From Fistulifera solaris (lineage: Eukaryota), in contig AP026155.1 of NCBI GenBank assembly GCA_030295235.1, forward strand, positions 558,001-622,000: 64,000 nucleotides of DNA, written 5' to 3'. The position numbers and the translations under genes are program-made. The notes under the pieces were generated by a model. That model did no database searches, was not told the DNA's origin, and saw only the letters and a program-made list of their open reading frames with translations. This document shows positions 48,479 through 61,005 of this stretch, one piece after another (position 1 is the stretch's first letter; each line of letters starts with the position of its first letter).

Positions 48479-48928
48479 ATGGAACCATCAGCCGCCAAAG
48501 TAACTTTATTTGAAGACATCTTCGAGGTCAACGCCCTCAATCCCGACGGCTACAAATTCGATCGCGTCAATCGCATTCAAGCAATCGGCACGACCTTCGA
48601 ATGCGAATTACTGTTAGACATCAATTGCGAAATTTATTCGTTACTGGAAGGTGAAAAATTCACGGCCGTATTGGCCAGTACTTTGCATTTGGACGGCAGT
48701 CCGGCCGATCACAGTTGTTACATGCCCAATACAACGGAACCGGATTTGAGTGACAATTACGAATATGTCATGCACGGACGTGTTTTTGATATGGCGTTCA
48801 AGAAAGATGGGACAGTTTCGATATCGATTAGTTACGGAGGATTGTTGATGCGATTGGTCGGCGATGCGCGGCACTTGACGAGTATACAACCCGATCAGCG
48901 ATTGTTTCTTTTGCTCAAGAAAGATTAA
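48479..48928 (+). CDS. RPB8: RNA polymerase I/II/III shared subunit RPB8 (RPABC3)
   Basis: LFEDIFEV..LNPDG.KFDRV.RI, LDIN.EIY, YEYVMHG, SYGGLLMRL.GD. Confidence 0.97.
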   Translation: MEPSAAKVTLFEDIFEVNALNPDGYKFDRVNRIQAIGTTFECELLLDINCEIYSLLEGEKFTAVLASTLHLDGSPADHSCYMPNTTEPDLSDNYEYVMHGRVFDMAFKKDGTVSISISYGGLLMRLVGDARHLTSIQPDQRLFLLLKKD

Positions 48929-49010
48929 TTATTACATTAATCGACAGATAAAAGGATCTGCTGGTAAAAGCAGGAAAATATACAGTAATCGAAACAGGAA
49001 CGTTCATCGT

Positions 49011-49832
49011 TTAGGAAATCTGTTCTTCACCATCCAGTACGCGACGTCGCTTTTCGTCCGGCTGATCGTCAATGTCGGCTACTTTCTCTGCACCATTATC
49101 TTTAGCAACTTGACGAATCAGCTCTTGTTCTATGATCCAATCGCGCAAAGGTGTTGTTGTTTGATAGCGTTCTTGGGCTTCGGGTGACGACCATTCGACT
49201 TTGAACGACCGCAAGAGAACCACCTGTCCGCTACGTTCACGCCCTACATCATACGCCAGGGCGGAAAACGAATTACACAAATCTTCTTTCGGTTTCCCGG
49301 TCACTACATAGGCCAAACGAAGAGCCCACTGATCAATGATATCACAGACCGTATCCACAGCTTTTTGAGATTCTTCCTCGCGTGCAGACTCCCGTGCCGC
49401 TTGAATGACGCACTGCCGTTCCGGTGCCGTCCACAGGGCATCCGCCATCGTCATACCCGTCCGCCACAACGAGTTCCGGTCTCTCGAATGTTTCCCGAAA
49501 GGACAGGCAATGGTCGACAAATCCAACAATTCATTCGCTAAGGGATTCTGACGCATCTTCAACAAATACTGTAATCCGCCACCAATCGTCAATCCCCGCA
49601 TCGATTCCAGTGCCATGGGACGGGGCTTCTTGGGTTGAAATCGCAGTTGCATTTTGCGCATTTCTTCACTGCGTTGTATTAGCATTTGGAGAATGCCATC
49701 GAGTTGTTCGTCTTGCGCGCGGATGCGTTCGTCTTGGGCCTTGACTTTGGCGTTCAATTGTGCGCATTGCTTTTCAAGTTTTGCAATTTGTTTGTGCAAA
49801 TGCGAGTTGTGCGTATTATTTGTAGGAGGCAT
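49011..49832 (-). CDS. Unknown coiled-coil protein, paralog 1
   Basis: Intact 273-aa ORF, colinear with 50586..51500. Confidence 0.7.
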   Translation of the reverse strand: MPPTNNTHNSHLHKQIAKLEKQCAQLNAKVKAQDERIRAQDEQLDGILQMLIQRSEEMRKMQLRFQPKKPRPMALESMRGLTIGGGLQYLLKMRQNPLANELLDLSTIACPFGKHSRDRNSLWRTGMTMADALWTAPERQCVIQAARESAREEESQKAVDTVCDIIDQWALRLAYVVTGKPKEDLCNSFSALAYDVGRERSGQVVLLRSFKVEWSSPEAQERYQTTTPLRDWIIEQELIRQVAKDNGAEKVADIDDQPDEKRRRVLDGEEQIS

Positions 49833-50585
49833 GCTGTTTGTGAATAATTATATCCTAGACTATAGAGATTTTATTGAAACTACGGAGTATTATTTATCTG
49901 CGTTATTTGCTCTGCAACAAGTTCATGACTGACTAACCAGTCGTGCCCATATTCCACTTACAACTGGGAACCACAGTAAATGATGTTTGGGCGAATCCGG
50001 GGAGAATTACTAGCGCTTTAGAAAAGAGTATACATTTGAAGTAAATTAAATATTTACCTAGCGCTTTTGGAAAGCGTAGTATACCATTTAAGCATGTTAG
50101 TACTTGACATGGACACGTTATGCAGGCTCCGTGCGGACGGTTCCGTCTTCCGTTGCATTACTGTGAAATACGTTCCGCTTTGTTGATAGCTAATCGTTGT
50201 GTGAGAAACTACGTGATGAAGGATGCTACCTGGTACATTTATTTTCTTTTTTTATTCTTGTGTTGCAAATTATGAAGAGAAAAAGATCACTCAATGATGA
50301 TTGACACGAGTCGCGCGGCAAAAGTAAGGGCACTACTTGTTAAAATTGTGGTAGTCGTGTTTAGGTCAAAAGAGCTGAATAGGTAGTAAAGGAATGACGT
50401 AAAGTGATTTAAGTTGACAAAATTGTCAACGAATTGATTTGATGACTAGTAAAGCAACCATCATGTAGTAAGCCTTCGTGTACTGATGCGTAATCACAAC
50501 GATTACATAGTTTGACAAGCATACAAACATGAGGCAACGTGATGCAATTGCTCTCAACCGTGAACCAACATTTAAAAAAAAATGG

Positions 50586-51500
50586 TTACAACGTGCGCTC
50601 GCCGCCATTCAGTACTGCGCTGTCAGCCGCATGGTGATTCTTCACACTCGTCTCCATCGCCTCCAGCCATTTTTGCCGTTTCGTGGCTTCCGCTCGCGCT
50701 TTTTCCTCTCGTTTCCGTGCCTTTTCGGCTCGCTTCTTTTCCAATATCACTTGTTCTTGTCGTTGAATCCATTCGCGCATCGGTGTCGTGTGTTGAAATT
50801 CCGCCACATTCTGAGGATTGCGCTGAAAGGGAGTAATGAATTCGCGAAAATTGAGCGATTTGGTGCCCAATATTTTTCCCGCTCCCGGTATGAAAGGTTT
50901 TCGCACATTCGTATATTGTTGTCCTTCCAAGACGGCCGTCGCGCGGACGACCCACGTGTCGAGATGATCCAAGACACATTGCACCTTCTTGGGAAATTCC
51001 GTGTCGATTGGATCTTGCGCGGCTTGACGTACCATCTCTTGATCGCGGTCGGTCCATAAGGTATCCGCTAACAATAAACACAAGACCCATCGCGAATATC
51101 CTTCTCGCGGATCCATTTCGTACGGACACGTCAACCTCGATAAGGTGGTTTGTTGAGAATTAAACCACTCGAGCAAGGGTCGATCGGGACTTTTGCACAA
51201 ATGCCGTAAAGCGGCTCCGACAGAAATTCCATTCAAACTGGAAGCCGGACGTGGTTCCGTTGGAGGCAACGTTCCGTGTTCGAGTAAATACTTCAACTTG
51301 AACAATTTCTTGTCACGTTCTTTGATCCATTTGTTCTGTTTGTCCAGAATGAGGTGTGTTTCTTGTAGTTGTTCGTGAATGTGCTCCAGTCGTTGCGGTG
51401 TCGTATCGTGATCAACAGGTTCTATTATAGTGAGGTCCTCTTCTTCTTCGTCGTCATGTTCCGCAAGGAAGGGCAATCGGGAGGTTCTCGCTTGAAACAT
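50586..51500 (-). CDS. Unknown coiled-coil protein, paralog 2
   Basis: Intact 304-aa ORF sharing motifs CP(F/Y), AD.LWT, D.W..R and TTP.R.WI..QE with paralog 1. Confidence 0.7.
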   Translation of the reverse strand: MFQARTSRLPFLAEHDDEEEEDLTIIEPVDHDTTPQRLEHIHEQLQETHLILDKQNKWIKERDKKLFKLKYLLEHGTLPPTEPRPASSLNGISVGAALRHLCKSPDRPLLEWFNSQQTTLSRLTCPYEMDPREGYSRWVLCLLLADTLWTDRDQEMVRQAAQDPIDTEFPKKVQCVLDHLDTWVVRATAVLEGQQYTNVRKPFIPGAGKILGTKSLNFREFITPFQRNPQNVAEFQHTTPMREWIQRQEQVILEKKRAEKARKREEKARAEATKRQKWLEAMETSVKNHHAADSAVLNGGERTL

Positions 51501-52010
51501 AACTGTGATATGTTGTAATTAATAAGAGTATCGGTTGATAGGGGTCAGTGTCTCCTGGTGCGAAATATAGGAATAAGCAAAGACCAGAAATACCGTAAGG
51601 ATTTCCAGAAGGATTGAAGGTGAAAGCTGAACAGTACAAGTACTTGTATATATTGCGACGAAAGATGTCATCGCATTGTGTCATCGCATCGTCGCGTTAT
51701 TGTCGCGCTGCGGTGCAAAAGGACAAAAGGACAAAAAAACGCAAAACGCTCGCGGTGTCTTTGCGTCGTCCGTCTATAAACGAAATTGCTTCTGTTGTTT
51801 AGTACCGCAACGACTGATTACAATTTTCATAATGAGACCTGCGCGCACGCCCACGTCCCGCCTTTTGGCGGCATTTTTGCACTCGCTTATTTATGGTCGT
51901 ATTCTTTGCGTTGCATCGCTTTCACTTTCATTCATTTTCCTTCACTTCCTTCCTTTCTCTCATCCGCTCTTGAGAATCAAGTAATAAATAAGTTATTATT
52001 AAGAGGAAAA

Positions 52011-53507
52011 ATGGGAATTAAAGGACTAGCAAAATTGATTTCGGACGAAGCACCCGATGTACGTCAAAACGAACCTGCGATTATCTTTCTTTGTCCTATC
52101 CTATCCTATCCTTTCCTTTCCTTTCCTTACTGACTCTAATTACTCACTACACTCAATTAAATAACTCACATTCTAACTTGCTTGCTTGCTTACTTACTTA
52201 CTTACTTACTAACACGCAGGCCATTCGAGAAGTCGAATTAAAGTCACTCCACGGTCGCAAAATTGCCATTGATGCGAGTATGGCCATTTATCAATTCCTC
52301 ATCGCCGTTCGTAGCAACAACGGCGGACAAGGGCAATCCTTCATGTTAACCAATGCCGAAGGAGAAACGACTAGTCACATTCAAGGCATGTTCAATCGGA
52401 CGATTCGTTACATGACCGAAGGCATTAAACCCGTCTTTGTCTTTGATGGCAAACCCCCGGAAGTCAAAAGTGGCGAATTGTTGAAACGTCGCGAAAAACG
52501 AGAAAAGGCACAACTCGCGTTGCAAGTTGCCACGGAAGAAGGCAACGTCGAAGAACAAGACAAACATTCGAAACGATTGGTCCGGGCGGGACAAAAAGAA
52601 AATGACGATTGTCAAAAATTGTTGCGACTCATGGGTGTCCCCGTCGTGTTGGCACCGTGCGAAGCCGAAGCCCAAGCCGCGGCCTTGGCCAAGGCGGGAC
52701 TAGTGTACGCGGCTGGGACGGAAGATATGGATGCGCTCACGTTTCAAACACCGGTATTGGTTCGGAAAATGACCTTTGCGTCGGCCAGTAAAAGTATGGT
52801 GCAAACGATGAATTATGCGAAAGCTTTGGAAGGGATGAATTTGACGCAGGCACAGTTTGTAGATTTATGGTAGGTTGGATTGCATGTTGTGTGTATTTGC
52901 TGAGATTGAGTTTGGTTCTGCACTGTTTCTCACGGTTTTCACTCTTCGCTCTTTTCTTTTCCTTATTTTAAAGTATCATGTTGGGATGTGATTATTGTGA
53001 CACCATCAAAGGTGTGGGACCTAAAACAGCACTCAAATTGATACGCGAACATGGATGTATTGAAAATATATTGAAACATTTGGATGGAAAGAAGTATGTT
53101 GTTCCTGAGTCGTGGTTGCCTCCTCCGAAAGAAGCAGAAGAATCATCATCGGATCAAGAAAATTCGGTCAGCGACGATCTCCAGCCCATCCCGGCCTATG
53201 TACTCGCACGTCGCATGTTCAATGAACACGAAGTTTTGATGCATGCCGATTTGAAATGGAAGCCGTGTGAACGAGAGGCATTGACGAAGTTTTTGGTGGA
53301 TGAAATGGGATTCAATCCGGATCGGGTCGCGAGTAGTATCGACAAGTTAGAAGCCGCTTACAAAGCCAATAAAGCTCCGCAAACGCGGATGGATGCCTTT
53401 TTGCTGTGCAACCCAAAAAACCGACAGATGCGAGTGTGAAACGCAAAATCGAACCAGTCGTCAAAGGAAAAGGCGCCAAAGGACCGGCGGCCAAAAAGAA
53501 GCGTTAG
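52011..53507 (+). CDS. FEN1: Flap endonuclease 1
   Basis: [67 protein letters not shown] box QTRMDAF(F). Introns 52059-52219 and 52870-52973; base missing at T5 53398-53402. Confidence 0.97.
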
Positions 53508-53696
53508 TTGTGTAGGCGAGCAACGACTTGTGGTGCAATGAAAGGCCCATACATATAAGAATATAAAATTATAAACGTTTTCGCGAGTTTTGAAGAGTGT
53601 ATTCTAGAGAAATATTGACAAGGTCCATCAAATAGTCGAGTCTCGACGTTGTCTGTCTCATTCGGGCGTAAATGTCGCTTCTCATTTGAATTTCAC

Positions 53697-55099
53697 TCAC
53701 AATCCTTCCAAAGACACCATTTTGAATTCCTTTGTTCCGTCTTTTGTTACTCGGTGAGTCAGAATAGGCGGCGGCAACGGCGCAACTTCCGCAGCAATCG
53801 TAAAACTCTGATACAAGCGTTCATAACAAGCTTCCGCCTCTGCCAAAGTCGACTTGTGATAGACTTCAACCAAGACATCGCCTCTACGCACGGCGTCTCC
53901 GACTTGACAGCGAAATCTCATCCCCGCCCACGGATCGACCGATGCACTGGCTTGGGTACGACCGGCACCCAATGCCACGGCGATTAATCCTACTTCAAGT
54001 GCGTTAATGTCGTGCACGTAGCCATCGTAACGTGCGCGTAACGCAAAGGATACGGTATCGACCGGCGCCGTTCGTGTCATGTACGTCTCACAGTCCGTCA
54101 CGGCCGTGACATCACCGCCTTGGGCTTCGACCATTTCTTTGAATTTTGATAAAGCTTGACCACTTTTCAATTGTTGATACGCTGTTACGACGCAAGACTC
54201 GTATGAGGCAGTGGGATCTTGGTGATGCAACATTTCACCGGCTTGATGGACAATCAATTCAATCAATGCTTGACTTTGCCGAACGGTGGCATTGTCTTGC
54301 CATCCCTGTAACAATCGAATGCATTCCCATACTTCGAGCCAGTTTCCCGTCGCCCATCCCAAAGGATGATCCATCCGTGTCAAAAACCCCGTCGTAGGAC
54401 ACAATCCATTCGCTTCTCCTGTCGCAACTAAACTCATGGCCAATTGTTGGGCTTCGTCTCGACTGGGTGAAAAGGCTCCTACACCGTATTTTACATCCAA
54501 AACAAGTGAATTCGGCCGTTCGGCAATTTTCTTGGACATGATACTACCGGTAATCAACGGAATGGACCAGACAGTGCCCGTAACATCCCGTAAGGCATAT
54601 AATTTCGCATCGGCTGGACAGAGCGTGGGGCCCGTTGTATTTATGATGCACCCGACTTTTTGACAAATGCTTTGAAACTCGGCAACATTGAAATCGGTCC
54701 GAAAACCCTGAATACTCTCCAGTTTGTCAATCGTCCCTCCAGTATGCATCAAACTTCGTCCAGCCATCATGGGTACATGAATATTACCGAAACTTGCGAC
54801 TAAGGGAGCTAACACAATCGACACCTTGTCTCCAATCCCTCCCGTCGAATGCTTGTCGACTCGATACGTCAACGAAGAAGACCATTGTAGTTGCTCTCCC
54901 GATTCGACCATGCATCGCGTCAACGTTGCTGTTTCATGGGCCGACAATCCGTGACAACAAACGGCCATGAGCCATGCTGACATTTGATAGTCTTGGACGT
55001 GACCTTGCAGGTATTGTTGCAAAAGGTTTCAATTTCTTCGTCCGTGTGTTCTCGCAATTGAAACCGACGAGTGCGTATGAATTCGACCGGATTGAACAT
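53697..55099 (-). CDS. Thymidine/pyrimidine-nucleoside phosphorylase
   Basis: DYQMSAWLMAV, DKHSTGGIGDK, GR.L.HTGGTIDKLESI, YALRDVT.TV.SIPLI..SIMSKK, LDVK.G.GAF; frameshift at A4 55021-55024. Confidence 0.93.
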
Positions 55100-55870
55100 T
55101 GTGACGATTGTGATGCGGAAAAAATAATGTATAGAAAGGGAAGAAATCGATAAAAAAACAAAGAGATATTGCAAGTGGGGCAGCGTAATGGCAGCACTTT
55201 GTGGCGTCACGTTTTCTTCTCTCAATGCGTGAGGGAATGAAAGGAAAGCAAGGGATCAAAGGAACAAGAAAGAATCGAATAGCAGCGTGACAACAATATG
55301 ATTGATGATGGGATTTACAAGTACCAGGTATTTAGTTGTGGCAAATGTTGTTTTGTCGCTATCTTTTGTTTTTTTGCGGACGAGGGCGGGCTGGCGTGCG
55401 GCGGCGAGCGCGGTTATGAATATCATCGTGAATGATCATGAATCACGAGTCGTCAGAACTGAGGCCCCATGCGAACAAGGGGAGTCAGAATTCGAATTCA
55501 AGCGACACACATGTTCGAAAGTCAGCATCAATTGGTGTTTGCATCACAAATGAGTTCCGTTCTGCATTATCTTGGCAATGCAGATCTCAGCGAATCGTTT
55601 TTCGAAGTGACAACTGGTATAACCTTGAGGTGTTGACGACCTTTTTCCGCGACTGCGGAGGGCGTGAGTCATGAATGCATGCGCGAGCGCGAATGAAGAA
55701 GGAACGCAGGTCCCGTACGTCCGTCGAACGTCGAACGCAAACAAAATGCCACCGCTCCGCGTGTTTTGGGTGTTGCCCTTTCTATTACTACTCCGTACTC
55801 CGTATTATTTTTTTTACTTTCTATGTTCCCTATTCCTTTACTTCATTCATTCTAAAAAGCCCATAATAAC

Positions 55871-58108
55871 ATGTCGTCGTCGTCTTCGGTGGCAGCTCTC
55901 TTTGTCTTTCGCACTCTCATGGAACAATACGGACTCAATAAAGAAGCCGATCCGTTTCACTGGGAAGCCAAATGTTTCGGTTTGCCCATCTTGAAAGACG
56001 ATTTGGATGTCTTGGTGCGATCGATTGCCTTTTCGTACGAAGGACATTTGTTCGAACGAACCGATAAGAGTACGAATTACTATCAATATCGTTGTATCGG
56101 TTGTTGTCAAGAAGTCAGAAGCAACGACACGGAAGAACCCGAACGACCCTTTTCGTTGTATTTCAAACAACGCAAGCATGATCCTCGTTACTTTGATATC
56201 TGCCCTTCCAAATGCCATTTTCGTCACAATCATCACAATCATCAACCGACATATATTGTTCCAGAAAAATACAAGGGCGGAATGCTGGAAATTTACAAAA
56301 ATTCACCCATTCTGTTACACTATTTCCAACAACTTTTTCAAGGCAACGAACCCTCGAAAGAAGCTCGATCGTACAAAACGGCCACGGCGTTTCTCGCCAC
56401 CACGAAGTTAGCTCAAGCCGCCATGTCGTCTTCGACGTATTCGCGACTCTATCAATATTTTTATCAACTTTATCAACAAGAACAACACAATTATCATTCA
56501 TTGTTGCGACCTTATTTGTTGCAGTACATTGCTCGGAATCGGACGGCCAATGTTTTTCTACAAGCCGATACGGAAGGTTCCATATATCGTATGTTTCTCT
56601 CGGTGCCCGAGGTGGCGCAATTGGTCGAAACGGTCGGTGTGAATGGATTGTTTATCGATACCGTGACGTCCACAAAGAAGGATTATCACGGGACTTTACT
56701 TTATGTCATGGCTTTAACCGGTCAAGCCGAATGGATATCCTTGGCAGCCGCTTGGTGTCCTCAAGACAATGCCGCGGGGCTACTCTTTATCGTGCAAATG
56801 TTGGCGGCTTCCGGAATATCGTTCTCAAAAACACCCGTCTATACGAGTCGTCAGGGGGCCTTCTTGAGTGCCGTGACGGTCGCGCAGCGCGATTTTCAAA
56901 TCGAAGTGTCTCTCAAATACACCATCGATCTACTTCTGACGCAAATTATTCGACATTTTTCCATTGACGCGAATGATCCACGTCTTCCCGAAATTCAACA
57001 ACACATCCATGCGTTGCAGGCGGCACCGACCATTGCCTCCTTTCTCGTGGCGTGTGAGAAATTTCGAAACATGGTCCCGGAAAGAGCGACTCCTGTCTTA
57101 AAGTTTATTATGCGAAACATTCATCCTCGTCATTGGACGGTCTTTGGGAACAATGCTCAAATCTCGGATGAAGAATGGGCGCCGGACTATTTTTATTGTC
57201 TGGGACGGTACATGGGCATCACGGATCACTGGACCGTCGTGCAACGTGAGTTTCTCCACGATCCGGTGCCCTTGGGTCAAAAATTTCCGCTCATGGGGTT
57301 TTTGCAATCGAATCGTGCGGCATCGACGGCCGAGTGGTTCCAGCAACAACAAGTCCGGAATGGCGCACCACCTGATGCCGCGCATCACTTTCTGACTGTA
57401 TCGGCGGCCGCAATCACACACTATCAGCACCAAATAGCCGTCATGCATTCCAGAAAAATTCCGTGTACGGATGTTGCCGCCAAACTCCTCGTCGAACCCA
57501 CCCGTGGACGGGAAAGCTGCAGTGTGCCGACGGCGCATCCTCCCAATGTACCCATCCATATCACGGATACTACCCAAGGCTTTCAACGCATGAATATTGT
57601 CCGCCACAATACAACGGATACTACCCGAACTTATACCTGCACGTGTTACCTTTTTAGCAACTATGGGGTACCATGCTGTCATATTCTGGCGGTTCGAAAA
57701 GCTCAGAAGAAAAGCGATCACGATGTTCCAAAACTGCTACCCAAATGGGGCAGCGTAGAAGCCATCACAAACTATTTGACGCGCGGGCGACCCTCCCACC
57801 AACCGTATGCTATGAAACTCTCTTGTTGGTCCGATATACGAGTTAAAACGGACGATGATGTCCTGAAACCAGCTCCTGTCTACATATTGAACCCACCGAC
57901 TGAGAACTTGACCGACTCATTATCAAGCAGCAGTCGAAAACTGCCGAGTTCCGCTCAACCCCCTAAAACGAAGAAAGCCCGCACGACACAGACGTCGGAA
58001 ACAAATTCAGATGAGGTTCCAAATAACTCGGAAGAGAGCAGCGGTCGTTCGACGACATTGTTGGCGGTCGAGTACTGGTGGCGCATGTCGCGGTTCCCGA
58101 CATTCTGA
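55871..58108 (+). CDS. Mutator (MULE) transposase-derived protein with SWIM zinc finger and degenerate catalytic core
   Basis: N-terminal C-x2-C...HNH motif; MULE-like block IYRMFL...LFIDT......YHGTLL...; SWIM CTCYLFSNYGVPCCHILAV. The 3' end may extend toward 58550. Confidence 0.7.
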   Translation: MSSSSSVAALFVFRTLMEQYGLNKEADPFHWEAKCFGLPILKDDLDVLVRSIAFSYEGHLFERTDKSTNYYQYRCIGCCQEVRSNDTEEPERPFSLYFKQRKHDPRYFDICPSKCHFRHNHHNHQPTYIVPEKYKGGMLEIYKNSPILLHYFQQLFQGNEPSKEARSYKTATAFLATTKLAQAAMSSSTYSRLYQYFYQLYQQEQHNYHSLLRPYLLQYIARNRTANVFLQADTEGSIYRMFLSVPEVAQLVETVGVNGLFIDTVTSTKKDYHGTLLYVMALTGQAEWISLAAAWCPQDNAAGLLFIVQMLAASGISFSKTPVYTSRQGAFLSAVTVAQRDFQIEVSLKYTIDLLLTQIIRHFSIDANDPRLPEIQQHIHALQAAPTIASFLVACEKFRNMVPERATPVLKFIMRNIHPRHWTVFGNNAQISDEEWAPDYFYCLGRYMGITDHWTVVQREFLHDPVPLGQKFPLMGFLQSNRAASTAEWFQQQQVRNGAPPDAAHHFLTVSAAAITHYQHQIAVMHSRKIPCTDVAAKLLVEPTRGRESCSVPTAHPPNVPIHITDTTQGFQRMNIVRHNTTDTTRTYTCTCYLFSNYGVPCCHILAVRKAQKKSDHDVPKLLPKWGSVEAITNYLTRGRPSHQPYAMKLSCWSDIRVKTDDDVLKPAPVYILNPPTENLTDSLSSSSRKLPSSAQPPKTKKARTTQTSETNSDEVPNNSEESSGRSTTLLAVEYWWRMSRFPTF

Positions 58109-59016
58109 TGCGGCATGGCATCCAATGGAAGGTCGACGAGAATGCCGGCGGCGAATTTTCTCGACGGGCCGACGAGTCTCCGTCTCCTCCTCCTCAGCAA
58201 GTGAAAAGCAAGAAAAAGGGAGTCGAGACGGGAGGACGTGACTGCCCGAAAAAAGCGAAGCTGTTTGGTTTCTAGAAGAGATGGTACACCGTGAAGTTGT
58301 CATTTCCCATACTAACACGAGGCAAATTGACTCGGCGACTCATCAAGCAGTGCTCCGCACCACAAGACAAGAAGAAGCACCCGATGACTCTCTGGCTCGT
58401 GCACTGTCATTTTCGCAAAGGCTTGTAGACATTGGAGTCGAGCAATCTGAATTGGACGATGCTGCAGTTGCTCATGAAGCAGACTTGAGTTCCAAGGATG
58501 GAGGCAGCCTCACAGTTGAAACAAGGGAAGTGGTGGACATGATGATCTAGAGTGAAAGGATAGGCTTTTAATTCCGTTCTGTGCGAATGATCTGCCGCTT
58601 AATCCAAACATAAGCTTGGAAGACAGTGAAACGTGGACCCACATTACACAAGTGCATAGTGCTGTACAACTGCAAGCTTAAGCAGATCAATAAAAAGAAT
58701 ACTGTCTTCGCTGTCGATCGTCTCCTTGTACATTTCGGAAACGGAACGACTCCAGCGGCTTATGGCTACCGGTACTTAGATTATCATTTATTGTCAGTAG
58801 ACTACTTTAACAGTTACACATAGGTCGATTGTTGAATTTCCTCTCTTTTAAATTATGCGGCTGGGCTCATTAGCTGATTACCCAGCAATATGATTTTGAG
58901 CGCAGGTGATCTTGGAACGTCCCCGCATGCAATAATCAATTGTTCTCGATGGATACAAAATGTGAACTTCATCAAGCTATTACAGCATTCGTCATTTAGA
59001 TTATGAATTGTCGCTT

Positions 59017-60416
59017 TCAGGCATCACGTGGGGCTTCTTCGTTAAGATTCCCAGTTCCTTCTCCTCCATCTTCGGCACTGTGGCTGTCGAGCTGTTCCGT
59101 CGCAGAAGCTTGCAAACTAGCCTCAATGGCCATGGCCAACTGCTCTTCTTCCGTCAATCCGGTCATGAACAAATCACTCGACGTTGACAATAAACCCAAA
59201 GATTGACGTTCTTCCATACTCAACGACATGGTTGCCTCCAGTAAGGTAGCAACATCCGATCCATTTCGATCCTGATCCAAAGCACTCAAAATTCGATTCC
59301 AATCACGTCGTGCCGAACCTCCTCCGAGTCGTAACACGCGTGTATTCTCATTCGTATTATTTCGATTCATCAAACTATTCCGATGATGCTCCAATTCATT
59401 TTGAAGCCACCGTTCTTCTTCTTCCATCCGCAATCGCAACGCCAAGGGATGTTTGTTTTGGGCTTGCATTTCGGCTTCGAGTTGGCGGCGTTCGGAAGCC
59501 GACAGTGCCAAGGCTTCCAATGGGGGCGACTCGCGTCCTTCGGATGAAATGCTTTCAGATCGTGCTTTCATCAACAAGAAACGGGAATCTTGTTCGAGTG
59601 ATGCACCAAAGATATTGGTGGGAACGGAAGTACTGCTGTGGCCGGACGAGGTCATGCCCGAAATGTAAGCATCGCTGGTGCTGTGCGCCGAAGATGCCGA
59701 AAGAGTCTCTTCGGCTAGTGGTTGGGGACAATTCTCATCGTGAGGTGGTTCGTATCCTTCTGGTGGTTGTTGGTTTTCAATCGCTCGTTCGGGGTCATTG
59801 CGTATCCGGATCCGTTCTTCTTCGACCGCACGTTGTTGCAGTTCATCATGAGTGAGACCTTGTTTGATCGATACGACCAATTTCGGATTGTTACAAAACG
59901 GACAGACAGATTTTTCTCGTTGTGGGTGCACTTGCAGATAACATTCCGTACACAAGACGGCTTGACAACATTTGGTGACATTGACTTGTCCGTAATTCAA
60001 AAAAACAAATGGGGCATTCATGGTCCGATTCTTTCGTTCTTCTCTCAGTTCCTTTCTGTCGCGCCGCTAATTTTCCGTCTCCGATTAATCGACGAATCAC
60101 TTTATCTTCCCAGTGACAAGATGGATATAATCTGTTGTAAAACGACGATTATGCGAACACTTGTGTGAGAGAAGAAGGATGTATCACGGGAAGGAAAGAA
60201 AATGTATCTACTTGATTGATACAAACAAACGTTCTCTCTTATTCCTCAAGCAAATAGTAGCCAGAATCTTTTAACAAGGTCTTCTTTTCGTCCTAGAGAA
60301 ACTTACCCACTCGGTCGGCATCGTTCATCCAATTCAAGTCGAGTTAAACCGAGTCCATTTGATTGCCGTAATCGTCCTCCTATTCTCCCGCTCTCCTGTG
60401 ATGCTTTATTTCCCAT
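59017..60416 (-). CDS. Sip5/GW2/DA2-like RING E3 ligase with MGNxxS N-terminus and C-terminal UIM
   Basis: CRPSG|LY..C.W..K.IRRLI..GKLA; ECPICF(L)NY..VN.TKCC...LCTECY...CPFC; TEEEQLAMAIEASL. Intron 60132-60306; extra base at A7 59999-60005. Confidence 0.85.
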
Positions 60417-61005
60417 TTTTTCGATGAAGCTCGTTCAAAATTAACCAGAAGAAGAAGAAGAAAGAGAGAAAAGGATGATAGGGAACGACAGATGAAGATA
60501 GTAGTAGGAATGATCTTCAAAGTCTTCTGCCAGCAGGTCCTATTACTTGTGCGTTCTCCCCCTCTTGATTTGTTTGCAGATCTCGTTTTGCGGCATGCAG
60601 AAAAACCTACACAGAATAAAAGAAAAGAACCGCGCCGCGTCTTTTCGAGGTGCGCCAAAGAGAGAACGAGAACGGAAACGGAGTCACGCATGTTCTGCAC
60701 TCTCTTTATGATACAGTCAAAATGTCTCTCATGCAAAATTGGAGGGAAAGACCTACTTTTTTGCTATACTGCGTCACAGTAACCAAACCGTGTCTCACAG
60801 ATCGCAGCGAACGAATTCGAAGGGAAGGATGTTGGCATCCCGAGCTAGAGAGCGATGACGAGCTAGCCAACGATCGGTTCGCTTCCTCGATGCTTGGACG
60901 AACAAGACGAACACACAAACAGATATTCATAAAACAATCAAAAGACAACAACTAAATAAACTGACCATGTTCTGTTTTCGCATTCTTAGGCCGCCTAGCT
61001 AAAAT

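Noticed and set aside
55300..59000. Active MULE element with terminal inverted repeats
   Set aside because: No TIRs or target-site duplication found by eye, and the catalytic residues appear substituted.
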